DNA of 64,000 bases from an uncultured Flavobacteriaceae bacterium (GTDB lineage Bacteria > Bacteroidota > Bacteroidia > Flavobacteriales > Flavobacteriaceae), in assembly GCA_947495135.1 (NCBI GenBank), contig CANLXN010000009.1, positions 116,165 to 180,164 of the forward strand. The letters run 5' to 3'. This document shows positions 10,230 to 19,425 of the stretch, one piece after another. Both the position numbers and the translations under genes were made by a program. Positions within the stretch are counted from its first letter, which is position 1; the number at the start of each line of letters is the position of its first letter. The notes under the pieces are model-generated. The model ran no database searches. It was not told the origin of the DNA and worked only from the letters and a program-made list of their open reading frames with translations.

Positions 10230-11291
10230 ATGAGTCAACCAACAATTACCGTACAGAAAGCTTCCAACTCCCGAATTGATCAGGTTGACTTTGACAATCT
10301 CGTCTTCGGAAACGTTTTTAGCGATCATATGTTCGAGTGTGATTACAAAGACGGTAAATGGCAAAACCCTACAATTAAGCCTTACGGACCACTCACCATG
10401 TATCCATCCGCAAAGGTGTTTCATTACGGTCAAGCCGTTTTTGAAGGAATGAAGGCCTTCAAGGATGACAATGGAAAGGTATTCTTATTTCGACCTGCAG
10501 ATAATTTAAACAGGATTAATAAGTCGTCACACCGTATGGCTATTCCTGAATTCCCAGAAGATTTGTTCTTCGACGGATTAACAGAATTGCTCAAACTCGA
10601 TCGGGAATGGGTGAAACCAGGTCTTGGAAACTCTCTTTATATTCGTCCTTTTGTTATTGCAACCCAAAACGGAGTATCTGCCTCTCCATCTACAGAATAT
10701 AAATTCATGATCATACTTTCTCCTGCACAAGCCTATTATACGGGTGATGTAAAAGTAATGATTGCAGAGAAGTTTAGTAGAGCAGCAGATGGAGGTGTTG
10801 GTTATGCAAAAGCAGCTGGAAATTATGGTGCACAATTCTATCCAACCAACTTGGCAAGAGAAAAAGGATTCCAACAAATTATCTGGACCGATGCCAATGA
10901 GCACAAATATTTAGAAGAGGCTGGAACCATGAATATCTTCTTCCGAATTAACGATCAACTGGTTACGGCACCCAATAACGACCGTATCCTTGACGGAATT
11001 ACCCGAAAAAGCTTAATAAAACTAGCAGAACGCGAAGGTGTGGGCGTAGAAGTTCGTCAAGTATCCATTGCGGAAATTGTGGAAGCAGCCAAAGACGGTT
11101 CCTTGAAAGAGATTTTTGGAGCAGGGACTGCCGCTGTTATTAGTCCGGTAAGCGCCTTTAGCTACAACGATACTGTTTACACCTTGCCAGTAATGGAGCA
11201 TTCGTTTGCCAAGAAATTTAAAAGTCTTCTTATGAACATTCAATACAATTTGGCCGAAGACATGTACGGTTGGAGGTACGCTATTGATTAG
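10230..11291 (+). CDS. ilvE: Branched-chain amino acid aminotransferase
   Basis: HYGQAVFEGMKA, LYIRPF, AKAAGNY, EEAGTMN, ILDGITR, GAGTAA motifs. Confidence 0.93.
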   Translation: MSQPTITVQKASNSRIDQVDFDNLVFGNVFSDHMFECDYKDGKWQNPTIKPYGPLTMYPSAKVFHYGQAVFEGMKAFKDDNGKVFLFRPADNLNRINKSSHRMAIPEFPEDLFFDGLTELLKLDREWVKPGLGNSLYIRPFVIATQNGVSASPSTEYKFMIILSPAQAYYTGDVKVMIAEKFSRAADGGVGYAKAAGNYGAQFYPTNLAREKGFQQIIWTDANEHKYLEEAGTMNIFFRINDQLVTAPNNDRILDGITRKSLIKLAEREGVGVEVRQVSIAEIVEAAKDGSLKEIFGAGTAAVISPVSAFSYNDTVYTLPVMEHSFAKKFKSLLMNIQYNLAEDMYGWRYAID

Positions 11292-11354
11292 AGCTTAGGC
11301 TTGAAATGTGAGAGAAAAAACCTATTTCTAAGCGCTCATTGAATATTAATCCCG

Positions 11355-11741
11355 CTACTTATCGAGTATCTCTTGGATATTGGGCTTAAAATAATTAGGC
11401 CCCTTTAGTACTTTTCCGTCTTCGCGATAGATAGGCTTACCGTTGGCACCTAATTTACTCATGTTACTACGCTGAATTTCATTGAAAACTTCTTCTATTT
11501 TATCTTGCATCCCATGTTCGATGATTGTTCCGCATAAGATATAGAGCATATCCCCTAGCGCATCTGCGACTTCTACTAGGTCATTATTTTGAGCGGCCTC
11601 AAGGTATTCTTCATTCTCTTCCTTCATTAAATTAAAACGGAGCATGTTTCGATCTTCGCCAATATTGGCGATCGGACTGTAATTTCGGTTTAGTTCAAAG
11701 GCGGTGTGAAATTCGTGTACGGCGGCTATTTTATTTTTCAT
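11355..11741 (-). CDS. MazG-like nucleoside triphosphate pyrophosphohydrolase
   Basis: EENEEY, EVADALGDMLY, SNMSKLG, REDGKVLKGPNYF; start moved to MKNKIAAV. Confidence 0.85.
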   Translation of the reverse strand: MKNKIAAVHEFHTAFELNRNYSPIANIGEDRNMLRFNLMKEENEEYLEAAQNNDLVEVADALGDMLYILCGTIIEHGMQDKIEEVFNEIQRSNMSKLGANGKPIYREDGKVLKGPNYFKPNIQEILDK

Positions 11742-11813
11742 AAGAATTGCCCTTCGAAGACGGGCGTATTTTTGAATTAGTATCGTATTTTTGCATTGTA
11801 AAACTACAAATTT

Positions 11814-12005
11814 ATGTTTTCTACCGGACAATTAATTTTTGCTATTCTTTTTGCCGTTGCATTTGTGATTCTCATCGTGATTAGCTATCGAAAAGACGTT
11901 AAAAGAGACCGCAAATACGCCAAAGGAAGCATCTGGATTTTGGTAGGCTTCTTAGTCTTTGTTGGTTTATTGATGGCCGCGAAAGTGTATTTGAAAGGGC
12001 AATAA
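11814..12005 (+). CDS. Small two-TM membrane protein
   Basis: 63 aa; two hydrophobic helices separated by a basic loop; divergent from the MazG-like gene. Confidence 0.65.
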   Translation: MFSTGQLIFAILFAVAFVILIVISYRKDVKRDRKYAKGSIWILVGFLVFVGLLMAAKVYLKGQ

Positions 12006-12143
12006 TTAGTCCGTTGCCTCAAATAAATTTCAGCTTCTCACCTCCTATCTCCAAAATTCTTATTAATTTAATAGTCTAGTACCCCTAGAATCTACCCTCC
12101 CCGAACCAGTTTTCTATTCTCCCCTTTGTTGTGTTTTTTAATT

Positions 12144-12161
12144 ATACCCGGTATTGGGTAT
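12144..12161. promoter_or_regulatory. Palindromic operator ATACCC-N6-GGGTAT (NarL-like 7-2-7), copy 1
   Basis: ATACCCGGTATTGGGTAT; GAGTTTTG (-7-like) starts 40 bp downstream at 12184; same layout at 16274. Confidence 0.65.
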
Positions 12162-12306
12162 GGTTTGATATATCCTAATTGTTGAGTTTTGGAGTATTAA
12201 AAAGTAATTAAAATGACCGAGCCGAAAAAATTTAGTCCGACAATTAGGCTATTCCTTGCATCTTTTTGTCCTTTACATATATAACTTTTCATTTTAAAAA
12301 TTTATT

Positions 12307-13365
12307 ATGAGAATAAAACTACCCTCATTAAGCCGTCTTTTAAATTTCTACATAAATAGAGATAACGCAGATATAGCTTTAGCCCAATATGACGACAAGT
12401 ACATAAGAGAAAATGGTATAGAATATATTGCAATTATTAGGACCAATAATCCAATATTAAAATATAAGCTAGAATTTGGTGTTTCAGATGACAACATAAC
12501 GATCCAAAAATGGAACACCAAGGCCAAAGCCAATATATTAACGATTCCAAGTAATTTGCCTGTTCATACTGAAGCAATTCCATTTAAAGCCCAAACCAAA
12601 TTCATAAAGTCCAAAATTAAACGTGTCGGCAAAATAGCCTTCATTGAACACCTGAAAGATGAAAAATTTGAACAAAGAAGTATCTCAAATGAGAACTCAC
12701 ATTTAGGAGGAACGTTGGGAGGAACTTTTCACCTTAGCAAATTTAGTGGCACATACGGCATTACCAATTGGCATGTCTTATATAAATCTCGCGCAGAATA
12801 TGGTGATGACTTCACGTTCGATTTAAATCTTCCTATATATTACCCTCGCTTACAAAATTATGATTCAAAAACCGAGAAGAAACACGCGGAAATGGGAAAA
12901 ACAATATGGGCATCAGACAAGAACCTTGATGCATGTATTTTTAAAATTACTAAAGAAAATCACAGAAAAGTCATTCAAAAAAGTGTTCAGCACATCACTT
13001 CGATTATACCTCCAAAATTTAATTTAATAGTTAGTTTTTCCGGATTATCGACTCGATATAAATGTGGAGAGGTGAGAAGCGATAATACCACCGTTAAAGT
13101 TGATAGTAATAAGGGTATATATCGTAATCAAATTCAATTAAAAAGAATTTCGCAAAAAGGGGATAGTGGGTCTATTTTATTCCATGGAAAACACGCCGTT
13201 GGACTACTTTTTTCTAGTAGTAAGGAAGGAAAAAATCAATTTTCATATGCAAATAGGCTCGATAAAATATTTGATAATCCAAGAATAGTCACTTTGGATA
13301 TTCTAAATAATAACAGAGTAAATACTCTTCACAAACTAATTTTAAAACCAGACAGGTATGTGTAA
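12307..13365 (+). CDS. Trypsin-like (S1/Nal1-like) serine protease, no signal peptide
   Basis: GTLGGTF, ITNWH (His), LDACIF (Asp), GDSGSILF (Ser), VGLLF; AT-rich gene. Confidence 0.75.
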   Translation: MRIKLPSLSRLLNFYINRDNADIALAQYDDKYIRENGIEYIAIIRTNNPILKYKLEFGVSDDNITIQKWNTKAKANILTIPSNLPVHTEAIPFKAQTKFIKSKIKRVGKIAFIEHLKDEKFEQRSISNENSHLGGTLGGTFHLSKFSGTYGITNWHVLYKSRAEYGDDFTFDLNLPIYYPRLQNYDSKTEKKHAEMGKTIWASDKNLDACIFKITKENHRKVIQKSVQHITSIIPPKFNLIVSFSGLSTRYKCGEVRSDNTTVKVDSNKGIYRNQIQLKRISQKGDSGSILFHGKHAVGLLFSSSKEGKNQFSYANRLDKIFDNPRIVTLDILNNNRVNTLHKLILKPDRYV

Positions 13366-13795
13366 ATTTAATGAAGTACATTATTTAAACGTCGAAGATA
13401 GTGACGACTATCAATTACTGCATGAAGATGCAGAATATGGGGACACCAAAATTTATGGCAAATTCGAATGGCAAGGTTCTGCAATAATCAAAATTAACTT
13501 TATACTCATAAATAAGGCCAATTCGATTAGACATTTATATAAAATGCATAGGGCAAATTTTTGTCAGTCTAAAAATAGAATTGAATTACATTTATCCAGT
13601 GATAAGAGCTTTACAAGCTCAATCGATCAATTAGACACTATCATTTCTAATAATTTAACTCTCGCTAAACAAGATAGAATAGATTTCTGTCTAAGAATTA
13701 CATCCGACAGCCAGACCAGTAATACTAGGCTTTGCGAAAATGACACTTCCGGAGACCCAGATGACAAGGATGGTTCAATTCTAATCGGAACCTAA
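13358..13795 (+). CDS. Hypothetical 145-aa protein with acidic/Gly C-terminal tail
   Basis: Start overlaps the protease stop by 8 bp; ends 3 bp before the kinase; tail NDTSGDPDDKDGSILIGT. Confidence 0.7.
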   Translation: MCKFNEVHYLNVEDSDDYQLLHEDAEYGDTKIYGKFEWQGSAIIKINFILINKANSIRHLYKMHRANFCQSKNRIELHLSSDKSFTSSIDQLDTIISNNLTLAKQDRIDFCLRITSDSQTSNTRLCENDTSGDPDDKDGSILIGT

Positions 13796-13798
13796 AAT

Positions 13799-15622
13799 AT
13801 GTCATTAAAAAGGAATTATCAGAGATTCATAATACCAGTAGTTTTTTTAGCTACTGGTTTTTGCTATTCTCAAAAAGATCTTAAACAATACGCATATGTC
13901 TTATCTCAAACGGAACAACTATTAAAACACAAAGAAATAGACAGTGCTCTACTACAACTAGAATCATTAGACACTCTTAAACTAAACGCCAGTTATTTAG
14001 CTCGATTCCATGAATTATATGGCTCTATTCTTCTTTCTGTTAACCTGCATGGAGAATCGCATTCATCATTCCATCGAGCTAAATTCCTGTATGATTCATT
14101 AGGTTTCGCTTATAAAGAACAAAATATAAACTTGAAAATAATTCAGGTTGATAATCGAACATCTCCTTATAAGGAAGGGATGGAGGAAACTAAAAGAGAA
14201 ATTTCAGAATTAATTTTAGAATATTGTATTTATGCTAAGACGTGTATGGGAAACAATGAAATTTCAGAATGTTATAGCTTGAACGCTGCACGGTATTTAC
14301 ATTTAGAAAAAAGCTTCGAATCCAATTTAAATTTTGATAAGGCAATTTCTTATGCTGAAAAAGCAAATGACTCTTCACTCATAATTAAAAATTCATTCAA
14401 CAAGGCCATTGTTTACAAAGTGCTCCTTAAAGATTTGGATAGCGCGATGTATTATTATAAAAAGATTGAACCGATTATATTAAAATCGGGTAATAAAAAT
14501 AACATTGCTGCCCTCTATAATAATCAAGCAGAGATTTATCAAGAGTACCGTCAGTATCAACTAGCCAAACATCTTTATTTAAAGGCATTGAATCTAAACT
14601 TAAAAGAAGATGGATTACACACCCAATGGAAGATTATAAGAAATCTAACTAAAAACTATGAACTGGCAGGGAATTATGAGAAAGCATTTAAAACTGAAAA
14701 AAGGAAAGATATTATTGGAGATTCTTTGGATAAACAAACTCAATACCTATCTATATTGAAGAACAGAATTAAATACCAAAGTGTTGAAAAAGAAAAACGT
14801 CTTCTAATTTCAAAGCAAAAAGAAAAAGAAACGCAAGATATTGCCGTTGGCCTTGGCGGAAGCCTCGTTGCTGTTTTTTTGATTGGTTTTTTACTATTCA
14901 AAAACACCAAGAAAAAACAGCGCATTGCGGAACAACAACGCGAACTGGAAATTCAAAAGACCGAGAAAATATTAAAAGAACAAGAGCTTACTACCATTGA
15001 TGCTATGATTGCCGGACAGGAAAAAGAGCGACAACGATTGGCAAGTGATTTGCACGACAGTGTAGGAGCTACGCTAGCGGCCGCAAAACTGCAGTTTGAT
15101 CATCTTTCTAAGAACAAATCCAAACTCGGGGAACTAGATGAACTTTTTAATAAGACGGAAAAATTATTAGATGACGCTTACACAGAAGTACGGTCTATGG
15201 CGCATGCCAAGAACAGTGGCGTTTTGGCAAAGGATGGTTTGCTGCCTGCGGTTCTAAAACTGGCGAAGAACGCTTCGGGGACTAATCAATTACAGATCGA
15301 TATACAGGATTTTGGACTGGAGGAACGATTGGAAAATTCTCTGGAGATTACTGTTTTTAGGATTATCCAAGAATTAGTAACCAACATCATTAAACATGCA
15401 AAAGCGAGTGAAGCCAATATCTCCATCACTCAGCATGAGGATTCTCTCAATATTATGGTGGAGGATAATGGGATCGGATTTAAACCGTTGGAAACCCCTA
15501 AAACAAAAGACGGTATGGGACTGGACAGCATCGAAAGACGCGTGGAGCATTTGGAAGGTAGTATGGACGTAGATTCTTCCGAAGAAAAAGGAACCACCAT
15601 TGTAATAGACATTCCCTTATGA
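13799..15622 (+). CDS. TPR-ectodomain sensor histidine kinase (HisKA_3/NarX-type)
   Basis: N-terminal signal; TPR helices (AALYNNQAEIY); TM IAVGLGGSLVAVFLIGFLLF; H-box ERQRLASDLHDSVG; ELVTNIIKHA, EDNGIGF, GMGL boxes. Confidence 0.92.
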   Translation: MSLKRNYQRFIIPVVFLATGFCYSQKDLKQYAYVLSQTEQLLKHKEIDSALLQLESLDTLKLNASYLARFHELYGSILLSVNLHGESHSSFHRAKFLYDSLGFAYKEQNINLKIIQVDNRTSPYKEGMEETKREISELILEYCIYAKTCMGNNEISECYSLNAARYLHLEKSFESNLNFDKAISYAEKANDSSLIIKNSFNKAIVYKVLLKDLDSAMYYYKKIEPIILKSGNKNNIAALYNNQAEIYQEYRQYQLAKHLYLKALNLNLKEDGLHTQWKIIRNLTKNYELAGNYEKAFKTEKRKDIIGDSLDKQTQYLSILKNRIKYQSVEKEKRLLISKQKEKETQDIAVGLGGSLVAVFLIGFLLFKNTKKKQRIAEQQRELEIQKTEKILKEQELTTIDAMIAGQEKERQRLASDLHDSVGATLAAAKLQFDHLSKNKSKLGELDELFNKTEKLLDDAYTEVRSMAHAKNSGVLAKDGLLPAVLKLAKNASGTNQLQIDIQDFGLEERLENSLEITVFRIIQELVTNIIKHAKASEANISITQHEDSLNIMVEDNGIGFKPLETPKTKDGMGLDSIERRVEHLEGSMDVDSSEEKGTTIVIDIPL

Positions 15623-16245
15623 TCACAGTAGCAATTGCAGAAGACCACCAAAGCCTAGTAGACGGTATTAACTTACTGCTCGAATACGAGGAAGACATTT
15701 CTATTGTAGGCAGTGCTAACGACGGGGAAGCGCTCTTGGCTATTGTACGTTTAAAGCAGCCCAAAGTGGTGCTAACCGACATAAAAATGCCCAAAATCGA
15801 CGGTATTTCGGCCACAAGGCTTATTAAAAAGGAGTTTCCGCATATCAAAGTGATTGCTTTTAGCATGTTCGACCAAGAAGAGGCAGTGCGTCAAATTACG
15901 GAAGCTGGTGCTTCTGGATATTTATTGAAAAATTCTCCCTTGGATCAGGTGCTCATTGCCATTAGGGAAGTTGCGGCCGGACATTCATTTTACGACAAAG
16001 CCATTGACACATCGTTCCTTTCCGAAGAAACAAAAACAGCACCTCGTAAATTGATCCTCTCTAAAAGCGAGCGTGAAATCCTAAAACTCATCGGACAAGG
16101 AAAAACCACCAGCGAAATTGCCAATCTCCGATTTACCGCAGTTTCTACCGTAGAAAAGCACCGCAAGAATATGATTCGGAAATTGGGCTTATCTGGTAAG
16201 GGAGAACTGCTGCGATATGCCTTGGAGAAGAAGTATAATTTTTAG
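15619..16245 (+). CDS. NarL/FixJ-family response regulator (REC + LuxR HTH)
   Basis: IAEDH, LTDIKMP, GASGYLLK, LSKSEREILKLIGQG...TVEKHRKN; ATGA overlap with the kinase. Confidence 0.93.
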   Translation: MITVAIAEDHQSLVDGINLLLEYEEDISIVGSANDGEALLAIVRLKQPKVVLTDIKMPKIDGISATRLIKKEFPHIKVIAFSMFDQEEAVRQITEAGASGYLLKNSPLDQVLIAIREVAAGHSFYDKAIDTSFLSEETKTAPRKLILSKSEREILKLIGQGKTTSEIANLRFTAVSTVEKHRKNMIRKLGLSGKGELLRYALEKKYNF

Positions 16246-16273
16246 ATTAAACCATTCATAATAAAACACTTAA

Positions 16274-16291
16274 ATACCCTTGACTGGGTAT
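16274..16291. promoter_or_regulatory. Palindromic operator ATACCC-N6-GGGTAT, copy 2 (may also act as terminator)
   Basis: ATACCCTTGACTGGGTAT followed by a T-run; canonical TATTTTTG (-7) starts 40 bp downstream at 16314. Confidence 0.65.
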
Positions 16292-16345
16292 TTTTTTGTG
16301 GCTTACCTACTGGTATTTTTGAGATATAATTTTAAATAAAATCTC

Positions 16346-17155
16346 ATGAAAAAATTACTACTATTATTAATAGTTCCGATTAACTTACTTGCACAAAATG
16401 ACAATTATATCACCATTGGAAACTATTTAGAATTTACCCAAAATGTTGAAATAATTGAGCTAGAGCCATCTGCTAGCTACGAAACGTTAAAATCTGTAAG
16501 TGAACCTACGACTATGGAAGCAGTAACGTTTACTATAGGAAAAAACGAAATTATTCAAGCCGAGGTTGGATGGATATTTAAAATTCTAAAAAACGACAAA
16601 AACATCTATGTTATCAAATTAATTGGCCAACCAGACTATGCTAACAAATTTTATGGCATCTCGAAATTTCAACTCATTAATAGTGCAAAACTATACGACG
16701 GCAAAAATGCCAAAGACGGATTTGTTGCTAGTGCGATAACCATTCCTGTAAAAGTAAGGTTTGGTAATGAAAAATCTGAACCATTAGCTGAAGGAGAAAG
16801 AGAAAGGTTTTTTGATTTTGAAGGGAACTATAACATAGGAATTACTGGAGGATACAGAATTCGAATCAACCAAAACGGAAGCAACTATCTTACTGGATTA
16901 GTAGGATTTAATATTGGCAGCACCAAAGTAACCCCTGAAACAGCGGATGTTGAAACTGATTCCAATAGAAGTATTCTAACTCCTTTCACTGGCCTAATGG
17001 TAGAGTTTAGTGAGTTTCAAATAGGTGCATTCGTAGGATGGGATCATGTTTCTGGTCAATTAAGTAAAAGCTGGGTATATCAAGGAAAACCATGGTTGGG
17101 TCTAGGAATTGGATACAATATCTTTGCTACAGAAGATTCTACTCCATCAAATTAG
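16346..17155 (+). CDS. Secreted/outer-membrane hypothetical protein
   Basis: Signal peptide ending LLA|Q; amphipathic strand-like C-terminus (WLGLGIGYNIF); AT-rich. Confidence 0.75.
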   Translation: MKKLLLLLIVPINLLAQNDNYITIGNYLEFTQNVEIIELEPSASYETLKSVSEPTTMEAVTFTIGKNEIIQAEVGWIFKILKNDKNIYVIKLIGQPDYANKFYGISKFQLINSAKLYDGKNAKDGFVASAITIPVKVRFGNEKSEPLAEGERERFFDFEGNYNIGITGGYRIRINQNGSNYLTGLVGFNIGSTKVTPETADVETDSNRSILTPFTGLMVEFSEFQIGAFVGWDHVSGQLSKSWVYQGKPWLGLGIGYNIFATEDSTPSN

Positions 17156-17202
17156 AGGATACAGGCAATTAACGATCATAAAGAACAATTTACACCTAAC
17201 TA

Positions 17203-17240
17203 AAAAACCTCCCAAGAGAAAATATCTCAAGGGAGGTTTT
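17203..17240. terminator. Bidirectional intrinsic terminator
   Basis: AAAACCTCCC...GGGAGGTTTT between convergent genes. Confidence 0.75.
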
Positions 17241-17262
17241 GATTTTATAAGTACTGCTATTA

Positions 17263-19305
17263 CTAGTTCTCTAAAGGCAAGAAGTTGTATTTAGCACTGT
17301 AATCTAACATCTGAGCTTCGAAGCTTTCTGGTTGCTCTACGCTGAAACTTTCGATCTCACCGGCGTCGTTCATTTTTGGAACAATTACTGGGTTTACGAA
17401 TCCGCTATAAGGTGGAGATTTAAACTTACTGTTTCTCTCCAATACCTCAGCGTGTAAGGTTTGGTCTACTTTTACACCGTAGTCTTCAACCAACGCTTTA
17501 GCCGCTTCATAATCTCCTTCCGAAGTAATTCGCTGTGTTTCTTTCAATAACATTCCGAAGATCTCACGAAGTTTTGTGTAATCCTTGATATCGTAATAGG
17601 TTTTTCCATCACGAGTTACCTTTTCAATTACGTTATCTGCAGCTCCTTTTTCAAAGGCCCATGCACTAACCCATTGTCTATTCACCATATGTGCTTCTTC
17701 TACATCGTCTCCTAATTCCAAACGTACTAATTGTCCAATTAGACCATTTCGGATGTATCCATCGTAAGCAGCTTTTCCAGTTTCTTCCCAGTTTTCAACT
17801 AAGTTAAGCTCTTGAAGTTTTGGATCCATTAGGTAGTACAGTCCGAATAAATCTGCCCGACCTTCTTCAATCGTCGACTTATAGCGTTTTAGCGTTTCCT
17901 TTGGCGTTCCCACACCTTGATTGATCTGTCCAGAGGCATGTCCAACAACTTCGTGTAAAGCGGTGTGTAATTTATCTCCTAACTGACCGTATTTTTCTTC
18001 CAATCTAATCTCTTCTTCATCATGTGCGAATTCTTGTAACCTTCCACTTCCACCGGCATTGTTGTAGGCGTTAATAATATTCCCAAGAGAAACCGACTTA
18101 CTCCCATGTGCCTGGCGAATCCAGTTGTTATTTGGCAGATTCACTCCAATTGGTGTACTTGGTGAAGCATCTCCCGCTTCTCCAGCAACAATTACTGTTT
18201 TGTAAGAAACTCCTTTTACTTCTTTCTTTTTGTGTTCTGGCATCAAAGGTGAATTGTCTTCAAACCATTGTGCTTCCTTAGATAACACAGCCATTTTCTT
18301 AGACATGTCAAAATCCTTGATTTGCACTATAGTCTCATAAGAACCTTTATATCCTTTGGGATCGTTGTATACTTCTATAAATCCATTGATCCAGTCAATG
18401 TTTCCTTCGGTAGAATTAACCCATGCAACTGCATAATCGTCCCAAGTATCTAAGCTTCCCGTTTTATAGTACTCGATTAATAATCCAATGGCTTTTGCTT
18501 GGTTTTCACTTTCGGCAACTCCCTTGGCTTTTTCTAGCCATCCAATGATTTCGTCAATTGCTGGTCCAAATAAACCACCACTTTTATAGACCTTCTCAAC
18601 TAATTTTCCATTTTCCTTTACCAAACGAGTGTTTAAACCCACTTCAATTGGCTCATCTGCATTTACCTTAATAGCACCATAATACTTCTCCACATCTGCA
18701 GTAGTAACATCTGGCCCATAAAAATTAATGGCACTTTCCAAAACAATATCCGCGTCTTTACTTAAATTAACTTTTTTGGCGTCTTTGTCGTTAAACATAA
18801 CATCAACTGCGGCAGCGGCAAGAGTGGTATTGGTTTCAGCTAAAAGTGTACTAAAATACTCTTTACTGAAATCGGGCTTCATTTTCGCATTGCTATAATG
18901 GTGGTGAATCCCGTTTGCGAACCAAACTCGTTTTAAATAAGTTTCGAAATGATTCCAGTCGGCGCTAGCTTTATCACCGCTATAGTTCTTGTAGATATTC
19001 TCCAAGGCGGCTCTAATTTTTAAATTATGTCGGTAATTTTGATCCCACATAATATCTCTTCCCGATAGACCAGCCTGGGTAAGATAATACACCAGTTTTT
19101 GCTCTTTCAATGTCAAATCTTCAAACCCTGGAATTTGATAGCGCAAAACCTTGATGTCTGCGAACTCACCTACTTTGTAATCGAATTTAGTTTCCTGCTC
19201 TACTTTAGACGAATCTACCGCGACATCGGTATTTTTTTTATCCTCTCCACAAGAAAAAAACAACATGCTCCCAAGAGCCATTGTCAACAATATATTATTC
19301 TTCAT
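17263..19305 (-). CDS. Dipeptidyl-peptidase III (peptidase M49), lipoprotein
   Basis: Hexapeptide zinc motif HEVVGH, EEGRADL, GVNLPN, EAHM; lipobox FFSC. Confidence 0.88.
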   Translation of the reverse strand: MKNNILLTMALGSMLFFSCGEDKKNTDVAVDSSKVEQETKFDYKVGEFADIKVLRYQIPGFEDLTLKEQKLVYYLTQAGLSGRDIMWDQNYRHNLKIRAALENIYKNYSGDKASADWNHFETYLKRVWFANGIHHHYSNAKMKPDFSKEYFSTLLAETNTTLAAAAVDVMFNDKDAKKVNLSKDADIVLESAINFYGPDVTTADVEKYYGAIKVNADEPIEVGLNTRLVKENGKLVEKVYKSGGLFGPAIDEIIGWLEKAKGVAESENQAKAIGLLIEYYKTGSLDTWDDYAVAWVNSTEGNIDWINGFIEVYNDPKGYKGSYETIVQIKDFDMSKKMAVLSKEAQWFEDNSPLMPEHKKKEVKGVSYKTVIVAGEAGDASPSTPIGVNLPNNNWIRQAHGSKSVSLGNIINAYNNAGGSGRLQEFAHDEEEIRLEEKYGQLGDKLHTALHEVVGHASGQINQGVGTPKETLKRYKSTIEEGRADLFGLYYLMDPKLQELNLVENWEETGKAAYDGYIRNGLIGQLVRLELGDDVEEAHMVNRQWVSAWAFEKGAADNVIEKVTRDGKTYYDIKDYTKLREIFGMLLKETQRITSEGDYEAAKALVEDYGVKVDQTLHAEVLERNSKFKSPPYSGFVNPVIVPKMNDAGEIESFSVEQPESFEAQMLDYSAKYNFLPLEN

Positions 19306-19425
19306 TATTGTATATAATTGGTTTTCTACAAATGTAACAAATTATCGGATGTACTATAATACTCATAAACAGAACGGCTACATAAAATTAATTATCTTAG
19401 CATCACTAATAAAAACAACACAACC

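Noticed and set aside
12307-13795. Protease plus small ORF as an anti-phage or toxin-antitoxin module
   Set aside because: Not excluded, since trypsin-like domains occur in defence systems. However no NTPase, nuclease or other effector is adjacent, and coupling to the kinase/regulator plus the shared operator favours signalling.
12006-17260. The signalling cassette as a mobile element
   Set aside because: No integrase, transposase, tRNA target or flanking direct repeats were seen; only composition suggests foreign origin.
17263-19305. Dihydrofolate reductase label sometimes attached to this family
   Set aside because: The HEXXGH and EEXRAD motifs and the length indicate an M49 dipeptidyl-peptidase III.
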